Assembly: GCA_038214755.1 (NCBI GenBank)
Contig: JBBQRQ010000004.1
Span: 40,369 to 104,368 of the forward strand
DNA: 64,000 nt
Direction: 5' to 3'
Source: Verrucomicrobiota bacterium
Lineage (GTDB): Bacteria > Verrucomicrobiota > Verrucomicrobiia > Limisphaerales > CANJXF01
Below are positions 10,401 to 19,381 of this stretch, in pieces. Every line of letters starts with the position of its first letter. Within the stretch, counting starts at the first letter, position 1. The notes beneath the pieces are model-generated. The model made no database searches. It was not told the DNA's origin and saw only the letters and a program-made list of their open reading frames with translations. Both the position numbers and the translations under genes were made by a program.

Positions 10401-10730
10401 CGGTCCGCGCGGCGGTGGGTCGGGGATTTTGTCGTAAGTTGTCCGAGAGAAACGATCCACTTTCGCGCGATTCAATCCAGCAGGATTGGGATATTGCAAA
10501 TATTGAATGACCCAGAGCCGCCCGCGATCATCGAACTCAATGCCAACCGGTTGCGCGATCATCGGCTCGCTGGCGACGAGTTCGACTTTGAATCCATCGG
10601 CGACGGACATTTTCTGAACCGCTTCAGAAGGTTTGTAGCCCTGGGCGAAGATGGAAAAATTTCCTGCAAGCAAAGTGATTCCAAGGGGAAGAAACCTGAA
10701 ATGTGAAACGAAAAATGCCGATGGGTTCAC
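7494..10730 (-). CDS. PVC-type membrane-bound dehydrogenase-like protein with HEAT repeats and a C-terminal cytochrome c
   Basis: GFKVELVASEPMIAQPV, DRITILE, GPDGALYVADW, CAQCH...GPELT; GTG start at 10730 inferred from the signal peptide, because the longer ORF runs through a MITE. Confidence 0.85.
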   Translation of the reverse strand: MNPSAFFVSHFRFLPLGITLLAGNFSIFAQGYKPSEAVQKMSVADGFKVELVASEPMIAQPVGIEFDDRGRLWVIQYLQYPNPAGLNRAKVDRFSRTTYDKIPDPPPRGPKGADRITILERVESAAEILSEEKRDAANEDPSKSKSAKSDATSAERISAAHYQSKDFISGLNLASGLAFGHGGVFVVQVPYLLFYPDKNHDDIPDSDPEVLLTGFGMEDAHSVANSLAWGPDGWLYGCQGSTVTANIRGIEFQQGVWRYHPLSKRFELFCEGGGNSWGLDFDEDGNLIYSTNLGPNRNLHGVQGGYYWKSFGKHGELHNPYAYGYFDHIPYKNFTGGHVTDGGIIYQGDSFPEKFRGKYIANDLLGHTVQVHNMEKFGSTFTASYGGELLNPNDTWFAPTDLTMGPDGALYVADWFDKRTAHPDPDAEWDRSNGRIYRVAADVRRRISKTEIVGADVRRLTSNPETNQSLLTSAPTKDLTKLSSAQLIELLSSKNDWFVRKARRVLADRRDAATFPKLRAQIFETKDEHLALESFWALYASGGADESFLNDALEHSSPKIRYWAVRFLGDEEKISPTSCENLLKVAAHETDVRVRSQLASAAKRLPAKMGLVLAQKVALRNLDATDPHIPLLLWWAVENHSVAAVDETVNLFTSSEAWQSALIREIILPRLMRRYAADASEKTLAACARLLETSPDKVRQLMLVALEQGFREQPNAQRISTLEKLPPTLQKQLTSQWSDATKNETVLRLLSRLGDGPAWNRALTLAEDTKSPTELRVAMLQLIGDSANPAALKVLLRLGALSQPEVIQLAALDAIQQIPNAEIDGLLLNYPAMTPRVRGKARDVFLSRRLWATPFLKGVDSGRFNASELPLDQLQKVATLDDNELDALVRKHWGNIGRGTPEEKLADIRRFNNDLRAFPGDAKNGREVFLKTCAQCHELFGEGEKVGPELTHANRADKDFLLTSIVDPNAVIRKEFLNYNVETSDGRILNGLIAEQNANGVTLVAAKNERTIINRDKIISMRQSGISLMPEGLMHGLTPQERRDLFAYLQSEKPIKGARNIAPQNSTQSNALRSGALE

Positions 10731-10994
10731 GGCGAGAGTTTCGGCCGAATAATTTTCAGCCGCGAGAAAATTTTTAGGGGAACCTGCCGTCGCCTTTACG
10801 CCGCCAGTAAAAGCGGGAAAATGGCGAAGGAATTTTTGCCGGAGATTAATCGAAAATTCACGGTGGAGGCGCGAGGCAAAGCGGACTGGCCTCGGGCGCG
10901 TCCTAAAAACCTGGCGGAGATCTTGGCGCGCGAACAGGCGCGGGTGGTGGGGCGGGACTGGACGGGGAGAGTGGTTGGAGATTAAGAGTTTTGA

Positions 10995-11197
10995 GGGTGT
11001 GATAAAAAGCGGGTGAGGCGGGATTTGGTTTCCTTGGAGAGCGCCGGCATGACGCCGCTTTTCCAGCACGTTACGCGAATGGAGCCAGCGCTCAAAATGA
11101 ACCTTCCCGGCTTTTCCATCGGGCCGCCAAAGCGGGGACGTGTCCCCGCAGTCCAAAATAAGTTTGGTTCCAACCTCACCCACTTTTAATCACACCC
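10995..11197. mobile_element. MITE, 203 bp, GGGTGTGAT-type TIRs, carrying a REP-like doublet
   Basis: gggtgtgataaaaagcgggtgagg ... cctcacccacttttaatcacaccc; flanks gagttttga / tggttttga (7/9 identical). Confidence 0.7.
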
Positions 11198-11224
11198 TGG
11201 TTTTGATAACTCTCATGTTTTGGA

Positions 11225-11252
11225 TTGAAAACCCATGCCTTCGTTTTACGCT
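11225..11252 (+). promoter_or_regulatory. Putative leaderless sigma70 promoter
   Basis: TTGAAA-N16-TACGCT-N6-ATG(11259). Confidence 0.5.
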
Positions 11253-11258
11253 GGGCGG

Positions 11259-12242
11259 ATGCAACACCTTTTCCGCTGCGGCCTTCTCTGGTTATCTCTC
11301 GCATCACTCGTCCTTCAAGCGGCGGAGAAGACCTACACCATCGCCGTAATCCCAAAGGGCACGACTCACGAATTCTGGAAATCGATCAATGCCGGCGCGT
11401 TCAAAGCGCGAGACGAACTGGCGGAAAAAGGAATCAAAGTTGAGGTCATCTGGAAAGGCCCGTTGCGCGAGGATGACCGCGATCAGCAGATTCAAGTCGT
11501 CGAAAATTTCACCACGCGCCACGTCAGCGGGATCGTTCTCGCCCCGCTGGATTCGCAAGCCTTGGTCCGGCCGGTCAACAACGCGATGCAATCCAAAGTT
11601 CCCGTCGTGATCATGGATTCCGGTTTGAAGTCGGACAAATATGTGAGCTTCGTCGCGACGGATAATTTCAAGGGCGGCCAGTTGGCGGGCCAACAAATGG
11701 GGAAGATTCTCAATGGCAAGGGCAATGTCATTTTGATGCGCTACGCCGTTGGTTCCGCCAGCACGGAAGAACGCGAAGCTGGTTTTCTTGACGCGTTAAA
11801 AAAATTTCCAAACATCAAACTGATCTCTTCCGACCAACATGCTGGGGCCACCCGCGAGTTGGCCTACGCAGCGTCGCAGAATTTGCTCAATCGTTACGGC
11901 CGCGAGGTCGATGGAATTTTTGTTCCGTGCGAGCCGCCGACGATCGCGATGACGAAGGCATTGCGTGACATCGGACGCGCCGGCGGAAAAGTAAAAGTGA
12001 TCGGGTTTGACGCCGGTTCGCAGGAAGTGGCCGATTTGAAAAACGGCGATGTGCAGGCGCTCGTCGTGCAGAATCCGATGAAGATGGGTTACCTCGCCGT
12101 GCAGACAATGGTCAAACATTTGCGCGGCGAAAAAGTAGAAAAGCGAATTGATACCGGCGTTGTCGTCGTCACGAAGGAAAATATGGACACACCGGAAATG
12201 AAAGAACTGCTCTATCCGCCCCTCGACAAATATCTAAAATAA
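11259..12242 (+). CDS. Sugar ABC transporter substrate-binding protein (RbsB-like)
   Basis: IAVIPKGTTHEFW, VATDNFKGG, IGFD, VQNPMKMGY; signal peptide. Confidence 0.92.
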   Translation: MQHLFRCGLLWLSLASLVLQAAEKTYTIAVIPKGTTHEFWKSINAGAFKARDELAEKGIKVEVIWKGPLREDDRDQQIQVVENFTTRHVSGIVLAPLDSQALVRPVNNAMQSKVPVVIMDSGLKSDKYVSFVATDNFKGGQLAGQQMGKILNGKGNVILMRYAVGSASTEEREAGFLDALKKFPNIKLISSDQHAGATRELAYAASQNLLNRYGREVDGIFVPCEPPTIAMTKALRDIGRAGGKVKVIGFDAGSQEVADLKNGDVQALVVQNPMKMGYLAVQTMVKHLRGEKVEKRIDTGVVVVTKENMDTPEMKELLYPPLDKYLK

Positions 12243-12243
12243 A

Positions 12244-13221
12244 ATGGCGCTACGGAAGAAGACCAGACTCTGGGCGCTCTTCAATTTGCTGGGGCCGTTT
12301 CTCGGCTTGCTGCTGGTCATCGGATTATTTTCGCTCAACTCGGAAGTGCGGCCATTTTTTCTGAGCGGGGGGAATTTCAAAATCATTTTGACGCAGACGG
12401 TCATTGTCGCCATCGGCGCGCTCGGTATGACCATGATTATCGTCAGTGGCGGAATTGATCTGAGCGTCGGTTCCGTCGTCGCTCTGACGAGCGTGGTGGG
12501 AGCGACGTTGCTCGTAAAAAATTATTCTCCCATCACGGCGGCGTTGCTGACCATTTTGGCGGGCGGACTAATTGGACTAATCAATGGCGTTTTGATTTCA
12601 GGACTTCGCATGATGCCGTTTATCGTGACGTTGGGCATGATGGGTGTGGCGCGCGGCTCTGCGAAATGGCTTTCCAATAGTCAGACGGTCAATCCCTCGG
12701 AAAATCCGGTCAACAACATCATGGCGTTGTCTGAGCCGACGAATTTATTGCCGTTGCCCAATGGAGTTTGGATCGCAATTGCTCTGGCAATTTTCCTTGC
12801 GCTCATTCTGCGCAAAACTGTTTTTGGCCGATACGTGTTCGCGATGGGTGGAAATGAAATTGCCGCGCGCTATTCCGGCGTTCGTGTTTCGTTGCACAAA
12901 ACTTTTGTCTATGCGTTCGCCGGAATTTTTTTTGGCGTGGCCGGCCTGATGCAATTTTCCCGCCTCACGCAGGGCGATCCGAGCGGCGCCAACGGTTTGG
13001 AACTGGACATCATTGCCGCGGTCGTGATCGGCGGGGCGAGTTTGAGCGGTGGCACCGGCAGCGTTCTCGGTTCGATGATCGGCGCGCTCATCATGGCGGT
13101 GTTGCGCAACGGCTCCAGCCAGATGGGTTGGCCCACTTACATGCAGGAAATTATTATCGGTGGAGTCATCGTGCTCGCCGTCGCCCTGGATAAGTTCCGC
13201 CAAAAACGCGCCGACAAATAG
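12244..13221 (+). CDS. Sugar ABC transporter permease (RbsC-like)
   Basis: GGIDLSVGS, PFIVTLG, ELDIIAAVVIGGASLSGG. Confidence 0.93.
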   Translation: MALRKKTRLWALFNLLGPFLGLLLVIGLFSLNSEVRPFFLSGGNFKIILTQTVIVAIGALGMTMIIVSGGIDLSVGSVVALTSVVGATLLVKNYSPITAALLTILAGGLIGLINGVLISGLRMMPFIVTLGMMGVARGSAKWLSNSQTVNPSENPVNNIMALSEPTNLLPLPNGVWIAIALAIFLALILRKTVFGRYVFAMGGNEIAARYSGVRVSLHKTFVYAFAGIFFGVAGLMQFSRLTQGDPSGANGLELDIIAAVVIGGASLSGGTGSVLGSMIGALIMAVLRNGSSQMGWPTYMQEIIIGGVIVLAVALDKFRQKRADK

Positions 13222-13251
13222 CTTGAGGGTGATTCGAACTGGCGGTCAAAA

Positions 13252-13402
13252 TGTAGCGCAGGATTGCATCCTGCCGTATCGCAGGTTTTCCATTTGCGAG
13301 GGCCGCCAGAACACAAGACTTTTGGAAACCTGAAGACTCTCTCTTTGCGACGGTCAGCCGGTTTCAAACCGGCGATACGGCAGGATGCAATCCTGCGCTA
13401 CA
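13252..13402. repeat. GTAG-type REP doublet, family B (gtagcgcagg..ctg.cgtatcgc), preceded by an orphan MITE end at 13225-13250
   Basis: tgtagcgcaggattgcatcctgccgtatcgc ... gcgatacggcaggatgcaatcctgcgctaca. Confidence 0.88.
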
Positions 13403-13417
13403 TAGCCCGCTCGATTA

Positions 13418-13445
13418 TTGACGAATCGTTTTGACCGGTTAAAAT
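13418..13445 (+). promoter_or_regulatory. Putative leaderless sigma70 promoter of the Uma2 gene
   Basis: TTGACG-N16-TAAAAT-N6-ATG. Confidence 0.65.
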
Positions 13446-13451
13446 TTTTCC

Positions 13452-14015
13452 ATGCAGGCCGCGCCATCAGCACCGTCCGTTTTGTTGACTGCGGATGATT
13501 ATTTTCTGATGCCGGACACCGGACCGCGCTACCAACTCATCGAAGGCGAACTTATTATGGCCCCAGCCCCCAATCGTTTTCATCAGGATATTTCCAGAAA
13601 CCTTGAATTCATCCTGCTGAAATATCTGGAGAAAAATCCAATCGGCACACTCTACGATGCGCCGTTCGATGTCGTTCTCAATGAGATCAACGTTTTTCAA
13701 CCGGACATCCTGTTTGTAGCGAATGAACAAAAATTTATTTTTACGAAGCAAGGAGTTGAAGGGGCACCAAATCTGGTGGTTGAAATTCTTTCGGACAGCA
13801 CCGCGCGCCTCGATAAAATTGCGAAGAAGAAAGTTTATACCGACACCGGAGTTGCCGAACTCTGGATGATCAATCCGGCCACTGAGACGATTGAGATTTA
13901 TTTCCTGCAAAAAGATGCGGAACGTCCGGCTGCGACGCACCAAGCAAAGGATGTTTTTAGTTCCCCAACTTTTCCCGGACTGAAAATTAAAGCTGCCAAA
14001 ATTTTCCAACAATAG
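13452..14015 (+). CDS. Uma2 (DUF820) family PD-(D/E)XK endonuclease
   Basis: [31 protein letters not shown], KKxxY..GVAELW. Confidence 0.92.
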   Translation: MQAAPSAPSVLLTADDYFLMPDTGPRYQLIEGELIMAPAPNRFHQDISRNLEFILLKYLEKNPIGTLYDAPFDVVLNEINVFQPDILFVANEQKFIFTKQGVEGAPNLVVEILSDSTARLDKIAKKKVYTDTGVAELWMINPATETIEIYFLQKDAERPAATHQAKDVFSSPTFPGLKIKAAKIFQQ

Positions 14016-14037
14016 CCCGTATTCAAAAAACAAAATT

Positions 14038-14928
14038 ATGTCACACGTCATTTCACCCGTCGAATCCAAGCCGCTCGAAAGCCTCGATCATTGGGAGGAT
14101 TTCATGAAGGAGCGATATCCCGAAAACGCCGCGCTCGTCGGAACCAATCCAAATAAAAAGGAGGAGCAGTTTCGCGACTACGAAAAAACCGCCCGACCGA
14201 CGGTGCGCGAATTTTATCGGCTGAATCATCGCTACCAAACTTTCGACTTTGTTCAGGAGAAGCGCCGTGAGTTTCTTGCCCAAAACCGCCGGGAGATGAG
14301 CATCTGGGAAGCGCTCGAATTTTTAAACACGCTGGTGGACGACAGCGATCCCGACACTGACCTGTCGCAACTCGAGCACCTTCTCCAAACCGCCGAGCAG
14401 ATTCGCAAAGACGGTCATCCGCGCTGGTTTATTTTGACCGGCCTGATTCACGATATTGGAAAAATTTTATGTCTCTTTGGTGAACCGCAGTGGGCGGTGG
14501 TCGGCGATACTTTTCCCGTTGGTTGCGCTTACTCGGACAAAATTGTTTTTCACAAGTTTTTTGCGGATAACCCAGACAGCAAAAATCCGAAATATCAAAC
14601 GCGGCTCGGCATTTACGAGGAGAATAAAGGATTGGACAGCGTGACGATGTCATGGGGCCACGACGAATATCTCTATCATGTGACGAAAGATTATTTGCCC
14701 GAAGAGGCGCTTTACATGATTCGTTATCATTCCTTTTATCCAGCGCATCGTGATGGCGCGTATTCGTATTTGATGAATGAGCAGGACCGCAAAATGTTCG
14801 ATTGGGTGCGGAAATTTAATCCCTACGATCTCTACACCAAGAGCCATACGCGCCCGAATTTGAAGGAGCTTCGCCCGTTCTACGACGATCTCATCAACGA
14901 ATATTTTCCGCCGGTCTTGAAATGGTAA
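14038..14928 (+). CDS. Myo-inositol oxygenase (MIOX family, HD-fold di-iron)
   Basis: [46 protein letters not shown]. Confidence 0.92.
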   Translation: MSHVISPVESKPLESLDHWEDFMKERYPENAALVGTNPNKKEEQFRDYEKTARPTVREFYRLNHRYQTFDFVQEKRREFLAQNRREMSIWEALEFLNTLVDDSDPDTDLSQLEHLLQTAEQIRKDGHPRWFILTGLIHDIGKILCLFGEPQWAVVGDTFPVGCAYSDKIVFHKFFADNPDSKNPKYQTRLGIYEENKGLDSVTMSWGHDEYLYHVTKDYLPEEALYMIRYHSFYPAHRDGAYSYLMNEQDRKMFDWVRKFNPYDLYTKSHTRPNLKELRPFYDDLINEYFPPVLKW

Positions 14929-15230
14929 AAGCGAAATTGCAACAAGGTCAGACGTGGAAGCGCGGTCAACAATACCTTCGCATCACCCGGCTTGAACGGC
15001 TCGCCGTCGAATACAAAGTCATCAGCGACCTCGCCACCAGACACGGAGCGCACCACAAAGCCACGAAGAAAGAATTTTGTTGTTTGATAAAAAACGCCGA
15101 GTTGCTTCCAGCAAAACAAGTCATCTCTCTTGAAACATCGCCCGTGGAAACCCAGCGTAGCGCAGCTTTGCAAGCTGCTGTATCGCCGGTTTGCAACCGG
15201 CAGGACGTCGCGACATCGGGTGTGATTTAA
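14922..15230 (+). CDS. Small hypothetical protein; C-terminus read through REP/MITE sequence
   Basis: Overlaps the MIOX stop; [23 protein letters not shown]; the stop codon lies inside the MITE TIR. Confidence 0.6.
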   Translation: MVKAKLQQGQTWKRGQQYLRITRLERLAVEYKVISDLATRHGAHHKATKKEFCCLIKNAELLPAKQVISLETSPVETQRSAALQAAVSPVCNRQDVATSGVI

Positions 15231-15447
15231 ACTGGTGGTCACAACCGGTGCCATGGAAAGCGGCGGAGGGCCGCCGCACTCCAAGACGCTCGCGCGAATT
15301 TCAAGGTCAACTGTGTATGAACGGCGCGAAGCGTCTTGGAGTGCGCCAGTCCTCTGGCGCTTTTGTTTGACCGCCAGTTTAAATCACACCCCGCGACATC
15401 CAGCGGGTTGCAAACCCGCGATACAGCAGGTTAAAAACTGGCGCTAC
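15157..15447. repeat. REP doublet, family B, interrupted by a MITE
   Basis: gtagcgcagctttgcaagctgctgtatcgccggtttgcaaccggcag ... gcgggttgcaaacccgcgatacagcagg..gcgctac. Confidence 0.85.
15218..15391. mobile_element. MITE, 174 bp, 24-bp TIRs, perfect 9-bp TSD, carrying a family A REP doublet
   Basis: CGCGACATC-gggtgtgatttaaactggtggtca ... tgaccgccagtttaaatcacaccc-CGCGACATC; TIRs 23/24 identical. Confidence 0.9.
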
Positions 15448-15518
15448 GACACCGATTTGCGCGGCGCGCGACAAGCGCAAATAGTTTTTTCACGACGAAC
15501 AATTATTTTTTTAAAATC

Positions 15519-16244
15519 ATGAAATTAAAATCCAGTTCCTCCAAACATCTCGCCAGACCCGGCTTTCGTTTCGTTGCGCCTGCGTTCTTTCTCTATCTGT
15601 CACTTGTCGCTCCGCTGCTGGCCGGCGAAAAATATCTTTCGCCCAATCATCCCGACGGCGTGGCGCTGCTCGCGCCTCCGCCCCTCGCCGAATCCTCCGA
15701 GCAAGCGGCTGATCTCGCTTCGGCGCGATCCGTTTTTAAATACCGAACGCCAGCGGAAGAGACGCGGGCGTTTCAAGACGCTAGTCTTTCCATTTTTTCT
15801 TTTGCGCCAGCCATTGGGCCGATTTTTCAGCCGGGCAAACTGCCGAAGGCCGAAGCGTTTTTTGAGAGAGTGAAAACGGAAATCAAAGACGCGGTGAACA
15901 CGCCCAAAGAATATTGGAAACGTCCGCGCCCCTATGAAAAAGATAAAAAATTATCGCTCGGAAAACCGGAAAACAGTTTCAGTTATCCGAGCGGCCACTC
16001 GACTCGGGGGACGGTTCAAGCACTGTTGCTCGCGGAATTATTTCCAGAAAAACGCGAGGCCATTCTCGAAGTCGGCCGCAATATTGGATGGGACCGGGTG
16101 CTGATTGGGAAACATTATCCAACGGACATTTATGCCGGACGAGTTTTGGGAAAAGCCATCGTGCGTGAGTTGATGGCCAATCCAGATTTTCAACACGACC
16201 TCGCGGAAGTGAAAGCGGAAGTGGGGGCGGCGGAAAAACTTTAA
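15519..16244 (+). CDS. Class A non-specific acid phosphatase (PAP2 family), exported
   Basis: KEYWKRPRP, SYPSGH, RVLIGKHYPTD motifs. Confidence 0.9.
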   Translation: MKLKSSSSKHLARPGFRFVAPAFFLYLSLVAPLLAGEKYLSPNHPDGVALLAPPPLAESSEQAADLASARSVFKYRTPAEETRAFQDASLSIFSFAPAIGPIFQPGKLPKAEAFFERVKTEIKDAVNTPKEYWKRPRPYEKDKKLSLGKPENSFSYPSGHSTRGTVQALLLAELFPEKREAILEVGRNIGWDRVLIGKHYPTDIYAGRVLGKAIVRELMANPDFQHDLAEVKAEVGAAEKL

Positions 16245-16260
16245 TGCGCCCGGTCTTCGT

Positions 16261-16351
16261 GGGTAGCATCTGCCTCCGGCGGGTGCGAAATCACCTTTTT
16301 ATTTTTCAGGAAAATAATTCTCCACGCACCCGCCGGAGGCAGATGCTACCC
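16261..16351. repeat. REP doublet, family D (27-bp perfect inverted repeat) between convergent genes
   Basis: gggtagcatctgcctccggcgggtgcg / cgcacccgccggaggcagatgctaccc; single copy at 4105-4131. Confidence 0.9.
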
Positions 16352-16375
16352 GGTGATAATTTTCCGAGCTGAATT

Positions 16376-19045
16376 CTACCGGATTTTTAACAACTCCGCT
16401 TCCGTCCATGCTTCGTTGCGGCCCGTCGTAGCGTCGCGAACTTTTTTGACAGTGGCCGCATCCACCGGTGATGCGCCGTGCTCCCATTCGCGGCGGATGT
16501 AGGTCAGCAGTGACGCGATTTGTTCATCATCAAAAACAGCTAGTGACGGCATTTCCATTTCGTAGCTTTTTCCTTTCACATCGATTTTGCCACGCAATCC
16601 ATGGAGGATGATTCGGGCGATTCGTTCAGACGGACCCAACACCCATTCGGAATCAGCCAGCGGCGGGGCAAGGCCTTCCATGCCTAACCCAGTCAGTTGA
16701 TGGCAAGCGGCGCAACTGGCCGCGTAGAGATCTCGTCCTGCGGTAAATTGTTTTTCCTGTTCCGCAGTGAGCGGGAGAATTTTCGGGGGAGGGATGTAAC
16801 CCGGTTGCCCAGGCCAGGTGACCAGAGTGGAAATTTTTTCCAACCGCTCCGACAATTCCTTGTTTTGAATTTTGCGAAGCGCGGCGAAACCCATTGGCTC
16901 GGAAATAAAATACAATTGTTTTTGCGCGGGCGACGCTTTCTTGCCTTTGGCAACGGGTGTTCCTGTGGAAATAATTCCGTCCAGCAACGCGGCTTGTTGC
17001 CAGGCGGAGGCGGTTGCGGCCCACTCGAACACGCGATTGACCCGGTTGGTTTTGCGTTCGTAAAAAATACATTGCGCCAACCCGCTCAAAAATTCCGCGC
17101 GCCCGGGTTTCTTTTCATTCCAGTTTTTGTCGGCCAATAATTTTTCCAAAAATTCCAGTTCGCGTTTGTAAAGTCCGGTCAGCACCGCATCGCGAACATA
17201 AATATTGGCGGGGGAATTTTTCGCAATTGCCAACATTCCTTGCTCCGCTTTCCAATCGGCAATTTCTCCCAGCGTGAAGGCGAGTTGCAGTTGAACATCG
17301 GGATTTAAATCGGAGCTTGTCATCGCAATGAAAAACTTCAGGAATTTCTGCGCGTCTGCGGACTTGAAAAACGGTTCGGACAAGCGAATGGCCATGGCGC
17401 GAACTTTTGCGTCAGGATTTTCGAAAACTTGGAACAATGTTTTCTCATCCAGTTGCCCTATCCCGTCCAGACTCCAAAGCGCGTGGATTGAGCCGAGGGC
17501 CCTTGTCTGGATCCCCAGCGCGGTTGCGCCAGCTCCACTTCCCACGGTGCCATTAGTCGCCATATTCCTGAGCAGAGGAATTGTTTTGGCCTCGCTCCGT
17601 TCGACGAGCAAACGTTGCGCCGTGTCACGCACCCAGCCGTTCGGATGGGAAAGATTTCCAACCAATTCAGCGGAAGTTATTTTTGCGAGGTTGATTGGCT
17701 TCGGCGATTTGCCATCCGCAATTACGCGATAGATGCGCCCCAAACCAATCGGCGCTTGCAAACCGCGCGACTCGGATTGCGCGCGCAAATACGAGGTGAG
17801 GAAAATGCGATGCTGCAAAATTCCGCGATACAGATCGACGATGTAGAGCGCGCCATCGGGAGCGTTGTTTAAATTTACGGGGCGAAATCGTTCGTCGGTG
17901 GACGCGAGAAATTCGGCGTTGGTGTAAGCCTGACGGCCAGTGACCACTCCATTTTCGTCCTTCAAAATATTTCGCTTGATCAGATTGGCGGACGGTTCGC
18001 AAACGAAAGCGTTGCCTCTAAATTCCGCCGGGAAATTGTCGCCGCGATAAATCAAGGGCGCGCAGGCTGCGGTAAATTTTTCCAGAGTTCCGTCGCGCCG
18101 CAAAATTCCCTCGCGATAACCGCGATTGACTCCGGGCGTGACGCGAATGGGCCACGTCGTCTGATTTTTGATGGGGTCCACATTCAGTCCCGCTGGGTTG
18201 CGGCAATTCGGATTGCGCCGCAAATAATAGGAAGGCACGAGGTCCATGCGGAACTGGTCGCTGTTGGAATTGTAAACGATGCGTCCGTGATCATCCTGCG
18301 AAATTCCCCACTGCCCGCGAAAGGTGGTCGGCTCGCGACGCCATTCGCCATCCTCGTTGCGAAATCGTATCGTGGTGTCAGCGCTATAAATCCAATTGTC
18401 CAGCGCCCACATCAAACCATTCGCGGTGTGCTCGGGACTTTTCGTATCGCCATAATCTTTTGCGACCTCGATTTTTTCGTCCGACTTTCCATCGCCGTTG
18501 GTGTCGCGACAGAACCAGAGGTGCGGCGGCTCGGCGACGAGCAACCCATCGCGGACGAGTGCGAATGCTCGCGGCATAACCAGGCCATCGAGAAAAACGG
18601 TGCGCTTGTCCATTTTTCCATCGTGGTCGGTGTCTTCGAGCACGGCGATTTTTCCGACGGGTTGGTCTTCGCCTTTACCATCGGCGTTGGGCATGTAGCC
18701 GCTCATTTCGACGACCCAAATTTTCCCGTCAGGCGCGAACGTGAGGGCTACTGGATCGTGGACGAGCGGGTCGCTTGCCACAATTTCGATGCGAAACCCG
18801 GGGGCGAGCTTGAATGATTTGAGCGCTTGCTCCGCTGTCAAAACGGGCGCGGGTGGAATTTTCTCCGGCGGGACGGGAGCGATCTGTTGTTCCTTGGAGC
18901 CACTGGGGTCTTTCTTGTCGCCATTTTGGGCGGCCAGATTTAACGCAAAGAAAAGCGCAGCCAGAAAATAAAAAACGGTTGGAGAGATTCTGGCGGCGAA
19001 GTGATGGGTAAAAATTCTGGTGTCAGCAGAGGAAGGTTTCTCCAT
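16376..19045 (-). CDS. PVC-type dehydrogenase-like beta-propeller + HEAT + cytochrome c protein
   Basis: GFRIEIVASDPLVHDPV, LEDTDHDGKMD, DERFRPV, CAACHQ..G.G...LAPPL. Confidence 0.87.
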   Translation of the reverse strand: MEKPSSADTRIFTHHFAARISPTVFYFLAALFFALNLAAQNGDKKDPSGSKEQQIAPVPPEKIPPAPVLTAEQALKSFKLAPGFRIEIVASDPLVHDPVALTFAPDGKIWVVEMSGYMPNADGKGEDQPVGKIAVLEDTDHDGKMDKRTVFLDGLVMPRAFALVRDGLLVAEPPHLWFCRDTNGDGKSDEKIEVAKDYGDTKSPEHTANGLMWALDNWIYSADTTIRFRNEDGEWRREPTTFRGQWGISQDDHGRIVYNSNSDQFRMDLVPSYYLRRNPNCRNPAGLNVDPIKNQTTWPIRVTPGVNRGYREGILRRDGTLEKFTAACAPLIYRGDNFPAEFRGNAFVCEPSANLIKRNILKDENGVVTGRQAYTNAEFLASTDERFRPVNLNNAPDGALYIVDLYRGILQHRIFLTSYLRAQSESRGLQAPIGLGRIYRVIADGKSPKPINLAKITSAELVGNLSHPNGWVRDTAQRLLVERSEAKTIPLLRNMATNGTVGSGAGATALGIQTRALGSIHALWSLDGIGQLDEKTLFQVFENPDAKVRAMAIRLSEPFFKSADAQKFLKFFIAMTSSDLNPDVQLQLAFTLGEIADWKAEQGMLAIAKNSPANIYVRDAVLTGLYKRELEFLEKLLADKNWNEKKPGRAEFLSGLAQCIFYERKTNRVNRVFEWAATASAWQQAALLDGIISTGTPVAKGKKASPAQKQLYFISEPMGFAALRKIQNKELSERLEKISTLVTWPGQPGYIPPPKILPLTAEQEKQFTAGRDLYAASCAACHQLTGLGMEGLAPPLADSEWVLGPSERIARIILHGLRGKIDVKGKSYEMEMPSLAVFDDEQIASLLTYIRREWEHGASPVDAATVKKVRDATTGRNEAWTEAELLKIR

Positions 19046-19316
19046 AAGGAATTAATTCTACTGGTTGTCTGCGTTTTTTTGCGGCGGCGACATTGTTGAA
19101 AGATCGCAGTGCGAATCTATAAAAATAAACAGAGTGAGAAGAGCTTGCCAAGTGTTTCCGCTTGCGGCATCGCCACGATTGGATGCGCTTGATGATCGAA
19201 GCGATCCGGACGCGTGGCCTGCAAATTTTTGCGGCCCTCCAGTAAATGAGCATTTTCGTCTGCATTTAATACATTGGTCTTTTGACGGGGGAATCGAAAA
19301 GAAGCCCGGTTGCCCG

Positions 19317-19332
19317 TGGCAGAGGAGTTGCT
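19317..19332 (+). promoter_or_regulatory. Putative sigma54 -24/-12 promoter
   Basis: TGGCAGAGGAGTTGCT with GG-N10-GC spacing, 49 nt upstream of the first prepilin gene. Confidence 0.6.
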
Positions 19333-19381
19333 GATTAGAAAACAGACTTGAGTTGTTCGCTTCATTCGAACGGTCACAAGC

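Noticed and set aside
10731..11183. 151-aa N-terminal extension of the PVC dehydrogenase ORF
   Set aside because: It reads through the MITE/REP sequence; the signal peptide begins near 10730.
13225..15391. Composite transposon carrying Uma2 and MIOX between two MITE ends
   Set aside because: The outer flanks (aaatagctt vs cgcgacatc) do not match, and the right TIR already pairs with 15218 through a perfect TSD.
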